Shown here piece after piece: positions 26,281 to 38,467 of a DNA stretch of 38,467 bases. Location of the stretch: positions 1 to 38,467 of IMG/VR virus record IMGVR_UViG_2850796239_000007; one strand, written 5' to 3'. Below the pieces are notes generated by a model that was not told where the DNA came from, did not search any database, and saw nothing but the letters and a program-made list of their open reading frames with translations. The stretch comes from a virus. Lineage: Duplodnaviria > Heunggongvirae > Uroviricota > Caudoviricetes. The translations under genes and the position numbers were made by a program. The first letter of the stretch is position 1. Each line of letters starts with the position of its first letter.

Positions 26281-27309
26281 ATGAGCGCATTTACTCCTGC
26301 GACTACTATTGTGTCGCCGTCAATGGTGCTGCCGGAAATGATCGTGCAACAGAGCATGGCTTCCGGGGCGTTTGAAGTCCTGGCCGGTGGTGCTCCAGCG
26401 GTAAAAATCAGTTCCAGTGATTTGATGGTCTATCAGAAATATCTGCGCATGACCTCGCAGGCGCAGGTCAGCCAGTCTCTGCCGGGTCAGTTACCGTCTT
26501 CCAGTATCTCTGGCGGCTATGACGGAATGATGACTTACCGAATTTCTTCCCGCTCGCAATACAGCTATCTCGATACTGATGCAGCAGATCGCTGGGGCTA
26601 TTCTCTGATTGAAGGCCTGCGCCTGGCTAACCGTCAGGGACACGCTCAAATGTTGCGTAATATGCTGCTGTATGGCGTGAATGCAGCTAATAACGAGGGG
26701 ATCACCAACTCACCGAACGCAGTGACGCTGAATCTGGGCAACGACAGCAAAGGTAACGATTCGTACACCACCTGGGATTCCGGCGAGATGGCTAAATTTA
26801 TGCTTGGCCTGATTGCTGACCAGAAAACCCGCATGTTGCTGCTGGGGCAGCCATTAACGACTGTTATTCTGAGCCCACAGCGATTCATGAAGGCGCTGGA
26901 GTGGACAGGAATTGTTGAGCTGACCAGTTACCAGCGTCCTGGTGGTGGTACCGGAACGGTGGGAACGATGGTTAAAGACGTCGCCGATAAGGCGACAGGC
27001 GACGACATCATGTTCTGCTAGGACGACACGCTGATCGGTAAAGGCGCTGGTGGTAATGACCTGATCATCGTTACGAACCCGACGATTGAGGTTCCGGAAG
27101 CGCGTCACACCATTAACACCAATATTTTCTCCACGCTGGTACCTAACCAGCAGGCCGTCAACGTGATGTTCTGTGATATGGCAGCGCCGACGGAAATCCC
27201 GTCCCCTATGCCGGATGGCGGCCTGACCACGTTGTATACCATGCGCGCGACGCCGGGCTGGAACTTCCGCCCTGAGGGGATCACCCTGTTGTCTGCCAAA
27301 TACGCATAA
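26281..27309 (+). pseudogene. major capsid protein candidate with in-frame amber codon
   Basis: ORF 26281..27018 continues in the same frame after TAG at 27019..27021 to TAA at 27307..27309 (342 codons total). Confidence 0.5.
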
Positions 27310-27365
27310 ACGTTCAATCTGATAACGCGGGGAGCTAAATGCTCCCTTTTTTGTGGGAAAAATTT

Positions 27366-27836
27366 ATGAAGCTCTACATCGCTAACTGCTCACGTCAGCC
27401 GCACACGTTCAACTACAAACTCCCCGAAAAAACGCAGTCGTTCGGTGTGACAATTCCGTCCGGACGTCAGCATATGATCGAAAATCAGTCCGATATTATC
27501 GACCACATCATCCGACAGCATGAGCCTTACGGATTCCAGCGTTGTGACAAGGTGGACAAGAATTTTTCCGGTATCTGCTATTCCATCGATAAACCTGTGA
27601 GCGTCGGTCGCATTGAGGATTGCGCGGAGCAGAAAACGGAAAATCTGGAATCCCTGTCAGAAGAAATTCTTGCAGCCAGCGCCGTATCGCTGAATAACGC
27701 AGTGGATCAGGCAGTGATTCAAAGTGGCGAAAAACCTCAACCGGGTGGTATTGAAATGGAAATCACCGGGGAAGCGATTAACACTGAACAGGAAAATCCG
27801 CCCAGCACAAAGCGAAATATTAAGGTTAAAAAATAA
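27366..27836 (+). CDS. hypothetical head/neck protein
   Basis: 156 aa from ATG 27366. Confidence 0.45.
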   Translation: MKLYIANCSRQPHTFNYKLPEKTQSFGVTIPSGRQHMIENQSDIIDHIIRQHEPYGFQRCDKVDKNFSGICYSIDKPVSVGRIEDCAEQKTENLESLSEEILAASAVSLNNAVDQAVIQSGEKPQPGGIEMEITGEAINTEQENPPSTKRNIKVKK

Positions 27837-27961
27837 TGACCTTGCGTCCGTCACTGGAGGGATTTATTCGCTTTGTTCGTGACGACATGAAAGTATCGGT
27901 TCACGCTATTGCTGACGATGATCCGACGCTGGAATGTTGCTTTCAGTCTGCTATGGAGCTA
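27836..27961 (+). pseudogene. 5' part of structural gene interrupted by IS5-family copy 3
   Basis: joins in frame with 28879..29193 to give a 146-codon ORF. Confidence 0.5.
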
Positions 27962-28021
27962 GGCTGTGTCCCTTAATCATCTGAGCTATAGTAACTGTCT
28001 GTTTACACAACATATTGAACT

Positions 28022-28471
28022 ATGGCTCGCTACGACCTTCCCGATGAGGCATGGACCATCATCAAGCCCCTGTTACCTCCTGAACCCGCCACACCACGGG
28101 CCGGACGCCCATGGGCTGAGCACCGTAAAATCATCAATGGCATGTTCTGGGTGTTATGTTCCGGTGCACCATGGCGCGATTTACCCGAACGATATGGGTC
28201 ATGGAAAACTGTTTATAACCGCTTTAACCGATGGTCAAAGTCAGGCGTGATTAATATTATTTTCAACAGGTTGCTTTCGCTACTTGATGCAAACGGCTTT
28301 ATTGACTGGTCTGCCACCGCGCTGGATGGCAGTAATATCCGGGCGCTGAAATGTGCCGCCGGTGCTCAAAAAAACATCCCGATATCGACGGAGATAATGG
28401 GCTGGGTCGCTCTCGCGGCGGTTTTGGCACCAAAATCCATCTGGCAACAGACGGAAGTGGCCTCCCGTTAA
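28022..28471 (+). CDS. IS5-family transposase OrfA (copy 3)
   Basis: identical 149-aa product. Confidence 0.8.
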   Translation: MARYDLPDEAWTIIKPLLPPEPATPRAGRPWAEHRKIINGMFWVLCSGAPWRDLPERYGSWKTVYNRFNRWSKSGVINIIFNRLLSLLDANGFIDWSATALDGSNIRALKCAAGAQKNIPISTEIMGWVALAAVLAPKSIWQQTEVASR

Positions 28472-28758
28472 ATATCGTGCTAAGCCCCGGACAAGCTCAT
28501 GAAAGCCAGTTCGCGCAACGACTTCTGGACGGGATTGGCGTTCAGCGTCAGAACGGCAGCATGAAACGCCGTGGACATGCGGTACTGGCTGATAAAGCGT
28601 ATTCAGGGCGCGCATTGCGCAACGAGCTGAAAAATAACGGTATAAAGGCAGTAATCCCCGAAAGTCAAATGAGAAAATGGCATCGGATGGACGTGCACAG
28701 CTTGATCGTGATGCGTACCGCAATCGTAATGTCGTTGAACGGTGCTTTGGGCGGCTGA
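28351..28758 (+). pseudogene. IS5-family transposase OrfB, frameshifted in copy 3
   Basis: CCCCC to CCCC at about 28654 changes reading frame. Confidence 0.6.
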
Positions 28759-28878
28759 AAGAATATCGCCGCATCGCCACGCGTTACGACAAAACGGCGA
28801 GAAATTACCTGGCGATGGTGAAACTGGGCTGCATCCGACTCTTTTATCAACGCTTACGTAATTAAGGGACACAGCCTA

Positions 28879-29193
28879 ATCCCTCACGATCAGGGGCTGG
28901 AGCGTTTACCCATCATCTATGTGCGAACGGTTTATAACGCTGCCGCCTCATTTCTCCTGAATTTCGCTCCCGGCTCGTGGTTTGCCGACCTGAGAAAAAA
29001 ACTCAACCTTGGGAAACTGGCTACCGGGCTTGTCAGCGCGGCAGCAGACCAGGGGACATCTGGTTCGATCACCATCAGCGACGCGCTGAGTAATCTGTCT
29101 TTGCTGGATTTGCAGATGTTACAGGATCCGTATGGACGACAGGTTGTTGCGGTGCTGATGCAGATGGGCACGGTATGGGGTTACACGCCATGA
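28879..29193 (+). pseudogene. 3' part of structural gene interrupted by IS5-family copy 3
   Basis: in-frame continuation of 27836..27961. Confidence 0.5.
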
Positions 29194-29630
29194 AACTTTG
29201 TTTTGGGGTTATCGACCAGCCGTATGACTACGGCGACGAACTGGGAAAAACCACGTTTGACGTGGCCTGTGACCTCGAGGAGCGATACGAAATTTTTACG
29301 CACTTCTGGGAAATGCATAAGGACGAGATTATCCAGGAGGCAGGTACTGAACTGGCGTACCAGTTGGTCAATCACTTCAAGTATAAGGCTCCGCTACCTG
29401 GCGAGCATTTTCTGGAAGGGACCGGGAAGATTTTCCATATATTTCTTGAAACCGAAGAAATGGCCGGAATGACGATCAACGGAAATCAGGTCCCAACCCA
29501 GGCTGCGTTACAGGGTGTTAACTCAAGGCTTAAGGACAAATATACCGGGGAGCGGCGCCCGTCATTCATAGATGGCGGCCTGTTTAAGGGCAGCTTTATA
29601 GCGTGGATAGATAACAATGCCGAGTCTTGA
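29190..29630 (+). CDS. hypothetical tail/neck protein
   Basis: ATG in ATGA overlap with upstream stop. Confidence 0.5.
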   Translation: MKLCFGVIDQPYDYGDELGKTTFDVACDLEERYEIFTHFWEMHKDEIIQEAGTELAYQLVNHFKYKAPLPGEHFLEGTGKIFHIFLETEEMAGMTINGNQVPTQAALQGVNSRLKDKYTGERRPSFIDGGLFKGSFIAWIDNNAES

Positions 29631-30561
29631 AGAATTAGCCGAACAGCACAGTTCGCAGCTCTCGTCCGTTCTTAAATCCGCAGTTGAAACCATCTCGTCA
29701 GACTAGGAAATCACGTTCAGGCTCTATGTCCGGCAGGTTCTGCCGCTGGATGGCTTTGTCTATTGGGTTAATGCGGAAATCATCAGTTGCGATGAACTGT
29801 GTCGTCTGAATATTGAGTCACCAACTCGTCTGAAAATCAAAGGCAGCCTGCATCGTCAGATTATTGCGATTCAGGACGAGTCTGTCTCGAAGGATGTGAA
29901 CAACATTATTTTCACGCCTGTTCAGCAGGTTGATGATTTTAATGTGGAAAATCCCGATGCGATCTATCTCGGTGAGTACGGCGGCGTCCAGTTCGCTTTT
30001 TCTCGAATGGAGAGCCGCTATCAGCAGTCGGGTATTTTTCATTATCGCGGCATGGCGATTTTTCCAACCATGCGTTCCCAGATTATCGACTGCGAGGAGG
30101 ATATCAGCGACGAGCAGATCATATCCAACAGCATCCCGATCTGGCTGCAAATGAAAGATGCCGCGACCGTGTATCCGTCTTACCTGGTACCGCAGAACCT
30201 TCGCCCTCCGTATATCGCGGTGGATGTTCGCAACAGTATTCCATTGCAGGTGGCTCCCGTTGTTTTCGGTGGTGAGCGATTCCAGCTCGTCCAGGATTCG
30301 GTTCGCCTGACGCTTTATGGATTCAGCAATAAAATGGCGCTGGATCTTGTCGACTCGGTGGTGAACAGGGCGCTGGAGGAGGAAAAGTTTGGTGTAACCA
30401 ATATTCCGGTGGTTCAGGACGCAAAGTCGGGACAGGTTGAAATCAACGCTCTGGCGAAGAAAAAGATTGTCGATTTTGACGTGAATTACTACCAGAGCAC
30501 CGCCCGGGAAATATCCCGGCAGTTGATTGAAAAAGTCATTTGTAAATATGAGGTTAAATAA
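29617..30561 (+). pseudogene. structural protein with in-frame amber codon at codon 30
   Basis: ATG 29617 overlapping upstream gene; TAG at 29704..29706; frame open to 30561. Confidence 0.5.
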
Positions 30562-31814
30562 TGGGGTTTAATATCGTCACGGTGAATGTGTCCCAGACCA
30601 TCGGGGCCATTCCCTCGAATTTGCAGCAGATGTCCGCTGTTCTCTCGTTTGGCTCCACGACTCATGAGCCGGGAAAGCCTGTATTACTCACCCGTAATCA
30701 GGATATTAACGATCTGGTAAGAAATCCGATTGCTGCGTTGTCGGCGGCTGCTGCAGGAAAATCTGCGGCAAACGTCACCGTTACGATGACGCTTCCGGAA
30801 GGGAGCAACATCCGACGCGAAAACAGTTCTGAGGTGAAAATTGTTGTTTCCGGGTGTTCGCCCGACGCGTGGAATGGCGAATATACTGCTACCGTCACGG
30901 ATGAAAAAACACTGACCTGGACGATTGCTGATTCTCAGCTTTCCGGTTCGCCAGTGACACTGGGGCAGTTTTCCATTGTTGGCAGTGAAAATCTGGTGAC
31001 GGCAGTAAACACGTTTTTTGCCCAGGGAAATTCAGTTGGGATTTACCTGCTGGAGCTGGGAGTACAGAAAGGTGGAGTCAGTAAGGAAATCGCTGCACTG
31101 AAAGCTTATATGGAAGATCCGCTCCTGCGTTTTTATGCGTATCTGGTGCCGCAGCCGTGGGATGGTGACGCAGAGTTTATCAGTCTGGCAAAACTCCACA
31201 CCGCCAACGAAGCGATGCAGTATTTCTTCGTGCTGACGAAAACGCCGGACGACACGAATTACGTTTCGCCTTATGCCGGTATTAAGTCGGTTATTGCAAC
31301 GGCGGATGATACGTACCCGGCGACAAACGCGGCAGCAGCCGTAATGTGGAACTATGTTTCCGCATCACCTTCAGAAATCAACAAGGTGCCGCCGATGGCA
31401 TTTCGCTATCTACAGGCGGTAAACGCCCACACGGGCAAAAATTCAATTCTGGTCACGATGACGAAGCAGAATATTAACTACGTCGACACGGGGGCTGAGG
31501 GGGGAATTTCCAACACGATTCTGGTGAAAGGCGTTACCAGTGACGGTAACGATATGACGTACTGGTATTCCGTGGACTGGGTGCAGATTAATGTCGATAT
31601 GCAGCTCGCACAGGCGGTGTTCAATACGGGCGTATCTTACGGCCTGGTCAACGGTCAGCCTGTCATCGATGCAGTGCCTTTCCGCCAGTATATCAACACT
31701 AATCCCAATGATTACGGTATCGGGCGTTATGCAGGCCTTTCGGCCTCCTATACGCCGATGCGCGGATTTGTCGAAATCATTTTTAACATCAATGTGACAA
31801 TGCAGCTTTCGTGA
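30561..31814 (+). CDS. tail sheath protein (putative)
   Basis: 417 aa immediately upstream of tube-sized gene, chaperone pair and tape measure. Confidence 0.5.
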   Translation: MGFNIVTVNVSQTIGAIPSNLQQMSAVLSFGSTTHEPGKPVLLTRNQDINDLVRNPIAALSAAAAGKSAANVTVTMTLPEGSNIRRENSSEVKIVVSGCSPDAWNGEYTATVTDEKTLTWTIADSQLSGSPVTLGQFSIVGSENLVTAVNTFFAQGNSVGIYLLELGVQKGGVSKEIAALKAYMEDPLLRFYAYLVPQPWDGDAEFISLAKLHTANEAMQYFFVLTKTPDDTNYVSPYAGIKSVIATADDTYPATNAAAAVMWNYVSASPSEINKVPPMAFRYLQAVNAHTGKNSILVTMTKQNINYVDTGAEGGISNTILVKGVTSDGNDMTYWYSVDWVQINVDMQLAQAVFNTGVSYGLVNGQPVIDAVPFRQYINTNPNDYGIGRYAGLSASYTPMRGFVEIIFNINVTMQLS

Positions 31815-31825
31815 GGGACTGAACC

Positions 31826-32269
31826 GTGCCTAATCCAATGATCCCCGTTGGCACCCTTAACCGGGTTCGCGCCAGCGTTAAATTCACCTCCCATTCTGAA
31901 CTGAATGTGTCCGCCTCATTTCTGGCAAAAGAAGGCGTCGAATTGTCCTGTCAGGGCAATATCACGGAGTTTTTACCCGCTATGACGGGAGCCGTGCAGT
32001 CGCCGCAGCCATACATGATTTTACAGGCGCGTGTTCATCTGCTGCGTAGCCAGGCGCTGGGAAAACAATTCAAGGCGCAATGGGAAAAGAATGCCACGAT
32101 CGGCGACGCAAAAGTGTATAGCGACAGCACGGTGTTCGGTGACTTCGATATCTATAACACGGCGATCACCAACGTGCAGGATATGACCTTCGCCGGGGGC
32201 GAGCCGGGTGTGGCCATCACCATTACTGGTACGTATTACATCAACTCTGAAATGTGGGATCTGGTATGA
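31826..32269 (+). CDS. tail tube protein (putative)
   Basis: 147 aa; gene order. Confidence 0.45.
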   Translation: MPNPMIPVGTLNRVRASVKFTSHSELNVSASFLAKEGVELSCQGNITEFLPAMTGAVQSPQPYMILQARVHLLRSQALGKQFKAQWEKNATIGDAKVYSDSTVFGDFDIYNTAITNVQDMTFAGGEPGVAITITGTYYINSEMWDLV

Positions 32270-32639
32270 AAATCGCGCGAAATTTAAACCTGATTATTCC
32301 TGTCCGGACAGAAAAGGGTAATGGCTGGATCCATGCCACGCCGATCAGCAAAGAGGTGTTTAAAGAGCATTTCTTCATTCTGAGTAAAACTTTTTCTGCC
32401 ATTTTTTCAGAAGGTTTTGGCGTCGTTGCGGGTCCGCGTATCGCTTTTTTGATGCTGGAGCGGATCTCGCGTGATTCTAATATCTGGGAAGGTGATAAAG
32501 GGGTCCGTAATACACTTGTTAATGAGGTCATTCGCCTGGCAAACCTTGTTTACCCAGTGGAGGGTAAAGGCTACGACACAATCCCTCTCGATATGGCGCT
32601 GGAGCGTGAAATCATTGATTTGGATGAAGTGGCGGGTGA

Positions 32640-34597
<1,958 letters not shown>

Positions 34598-34943
34598 GGA
34601 TGATATTGATGAACTAAAAATTCAGCTTAAGGAACTGAACCAGAAGCGCACAGAGCTACAGACCACGATTGATAGCATGAGGCGTAAGGCTTCACTCACT
34701 GATAAGGAACTACCCCAGCTTAAAGATATTGACCTGACAACTAAAGCGGGTCGTGTCGAGTGTCAATTAATTTTGTCCAAACATCTGGAATCCCTGACAC
34801 TGGGTAGAGGGCAAGTGACGGTTAAGTTGAGTAATGGGACTGAAATCATAGTTCCTACAGACCCATTACCATTAACTGACGGAGCTGCAATCTTTGAAAT
34901 TGCTGAGAAAAATCTTTTGAATATTGACACTTTCCAACTGTAG
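34598..34943 (+). pseudogene. 3' fragment of unknown gene (reads out of IS600 end)
   Basis: ORF 34566..34943 uses ATG inside the IS600 end; 115 host-derived codons. Confidence 0.3.
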
Positions 34944-34977
34944 CAATCAATCAGGGGGCTATGACCCCCTTCTATCA

Positions 34978-35409
34978 ATATCTCTTGTTAGGGTTGACAG
35001 ACAGCCTCTTCAAAACATTACCTGTACCAGCATTATTAAGCACCTTTGAAGCTTGCTCATTAGCGGCATCTGAGAAGGTGCTTTTTCCGTTCTTAACTTT
35101 GACACTTTTACCACAATTGATACGGGCTTGAAGTTGCTCATTAGTAAGTTCACTCGTAGAGCGATTATATAGCTCCTGACACATCAACATACCGTTACCT
35201 AGACTTGTCGTAGTGTTCCCTGTATTCTTCTTAGAAGTTGCACCGCCATCATTCGTGGTAGCGACCTTTCCAGTAGCTGCTGAAATATCAGTTTGTCCTA
35301 CGATTGAACGAAACTCTACACCTTGGAAGGTCATCTGAATACGAAGACCGTTAGCAATGGTATGCTCTTTACTCGCTTTAAACTGAGTAATGATACTATC
35401 AGTGATAGC
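34978..35409 (-). pseudogene. unknown 257-aa protein (gene X), C-terminal part, split by IS2
   Basis: joins in frame with 36741..37084 when IS2 and one ATAGC copy are removed; Thr/Asn/Gly-rich. Confidence 0.5.
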
Positions 35410-35500
35410 TAGACTGGCCCCCTGAATCTCCAGACAACCAGTATCACTTAAATAAGTGATAGTCTTAATACTAGTTTTTAGACTAGTCATTGGAGTACAG

Positions 35501-35866
35501 ATGATTGATGTCTTAGGGCCGGAGAAACGCAGACGGCGTACCACACAGGAAAAGATCGCAATTGTTCAGCAGAGCTTTGAACCGGGGATGACGGTCTCCC
35601 TCGTTGCCCGGCAACATGGTGTAGCAGCCAGCCAGTTATTTCTCTGGCGTAAGCAATACCAGGAAGGAAGTCTTACTGCTGTGGCCGCCGGAGAACAGGT
35701 TGTTCCTGCCTCTGAACTTGCTGCCGCCATGAAGCAGATTAAAGAACTCCAGCGCCTGCTCGGCAAGAAAACGATGGAAAATGAACTCCTCAAAGAAGCC
35801 GTTGAATATGGACGGGCAAAAAAGTGGATAGCGCACGCGCCCTTATTGCCCGGGGATGGGGAGTAA
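35501..35866 (+). CDS. insC: IS2 OrfA
   Basis: [24 protein letters not shown]... Confidence 0.9.
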
Positions 35867-36729
35867 GCTTAGTCAGCCGTTGTCTCCGGGTGTCGCGTGC
35901 GCAGTTGCACGTCATTCTCAGACGAACCGATGACTGGATGGATGGCCGCCGCAGTCGTCACACTGATGATACGGATGTGCTTCTCCGTATACACCATGTT
36001 ATCGGAGAGCTGCCCACGTATGGTTATCGTCGGGTATGGGCGCTGCTTCGCAGACAGGCAGAACTTGATGGTATGCCTGCGATCAATGCCAAACATGTTT
36101 ACCGGATCATGCGCCAGAATGCGCTGTTGCTTGAGCGAAAACCTGCTGTACCGCCATCGAAACGGGCACATACAGGCAGAGTGGCCGTGAAAGAAAGCAA
36201 TCAGCGATGGTGCTCTGACGGGTTCGAGTTCTGCTGTGATAACGGAGAGAGACTGCGTGTCACGTTCGCGCTGGACTGCTGTGATCGTGAGGCACTGCAC
36301 TGGGCGGTGACTACCGGCGGCTTCAACAGTGAAACAGTACAGGACGTCATGCTGGGAGCGGTGGAACGCCGCTTCGGCAACGATCTTCCGTCGTCTCCAG
36401 TGGAGTGGCTGACGGATAATGGTTCATGCTACCGGGCTAATGAAACACGCCAGTTCGCCCGGATGTTGGGACTTGAACCGAAGAACACGGCGGTGCGGAG
36501 TCCGGAGAGTAACGGAATAGCAGAGAGCTTCGTGAAAACGATAAAGCGTGACTACATCAGTATCATGCCCAAACCAGACGGGTTAACGGCAGCAAAGAAC
36601 CTTGCAGAGGCGTTCGAGCATTATAACGAATGGCATCCGCATAGTGCGCTGGGTTATCGCTCGCCACGGGAATATCTGCGGCAGCGGGCTTGTAATGGGT
36701 TAAGTGATAACAGATGTCTGGAAATATAG
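35824..36729 (+). CDS. insD: IS2 OrfB transposase
   Basis: 301 aa DDE transposase overlapping insC. Confidence 0.9.
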
Positions 36730-36740
36730 GGGCAAATCCA

Positions 36741-37084
36741 ATAGCTATTCCATCTCTACAAACAATAGTGATGATTTGCTTCTGGTCTCGCCATTGTTCA
36801 ACCGTAGAAATAAAGGTTTCTACAAGTTGCCCCTGTCTGGTTAATAGAACTGAACCCGTCGAATCAACCACTACAACACCGCTAATAGAGATGGTCTTAG
36901 GTGCTCTCTGAACATTATCAGTGATAGTTTGCCCCGATTGCATAGCCTGAGTTGTCACCATCATCGGTGAGTCATAGTCCATCTGTTCAGTAGCTGTTAA
37001 GGCAAGAAAAGATTCTACATTATCTCTAAGGTGAAAATAGATACCATCTTTACCTGAGTATCTAATTTGCTTTGTGTCAAACAT
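36741..37084 (-). pseudogene. unknown 257-aa protein (gene X), N-terminal part
   Basis: ATG at 37084; 114 codons before IS2. Confidence 0.5.
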
Positions 37085-37087
37085 TGT

Positions 37088-37290
37088 TTATTCCTCTGGG
37101 TAAGCTGAGCTAATCAAGGTATCTTCCTGCATACGATTAATATGAGATGTGGTTCTTTCATCAATAACCTTTCCATCAAGTACCGTCTGAGTTGTGATAT
37201 TGATTGTCTGAGGCTGAATATTTACTGACGGCTTGATAACCTTTAAATCTTGTGTGAATGTTTCCACTCGACCTTTCAGATTATTTAATG
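37088..37290 (-). pseudogene. 3' fragment of unknown gene W, interrupted by IS911
   Basis: frame open from the IS911 boundary to stop 3 nt upstream of gene X start. Confidence 0.35.
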
Positions 37291-37298
37291 TGAAGTGG

Positions 37299-38467
<1,169 letters not shown>

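Larger units (their letters stand above)
27962..28876 (+). mobile_element. IS5-family (IS427-group-like) element, copy 3, 915 bp
   Basis: TA duplication 27960..27961 and 28877..28878; 1-bp deletion in C run relative to copies 1 and 2. Confidence 0.8.
35410..36740 (+). mobile_element. IS2, complete, 1331 bp
   Basis: ends TAGACTGGCC... and ...GGCAAATCCA; 5-bp target duplication ATAGC (35405..35409 and 36741..36745). Confidence 0.9.

Overview
This window looks like the left part of a mosaic, heavily decayed lambdoid prophage (Rac/phage-21-like early and lysis regions joined to a contractile-tail structural module) in an Escherichia/Shigella-type chromosome; all product names are recalled from motifs, not searched. 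Left to right: a host-side secreted-protein gene, a putative attL region, xis and int (minus strand), remnants of the leftward early operon, then an early/regulatory region with three antirepressor-family genes (one Rha-type, two ORF6N-type), a hok-family toxin gene, ybcN/ybcO-like genes and a putative Q antiterminator. This is followed by four tRNA genes, an S21/R21/Rz/Rz1 lysis cassette, a trkG potassium-transporter moron, terminase, portal and head genes, and tail sheath/tube/chaperone/tape-measure genes. The region carries at least nine IS copies or fragments (IS600, IS911, IS2, three copies of an IS5-family IS427-group element, two copies of an IS110-family element), several with clean target-site duplications that let the interrupted genes be reconstructed. 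The most interesting signal is a triplicated regulatory module: a strong promoter, a roughly 75-nt terminated RNA, and a structured leader upstream of each antirepressor gene, with compensatory base changes that preserve complementarity between the short RNA loop and a leader site. It resembles P1 c4 / Salmonella IsrK-type antisense immunity control. Other notable points are two in-frame amber codons in structural genes, both in CTAGG context (consistent with 5-methylcytosine deamination at Dcm sites), and several frame breaks at homopolymer runs that could be either decay or sequencing error. No CRISPR array, reverse transcriptase or Shiga toxin genes were seen.
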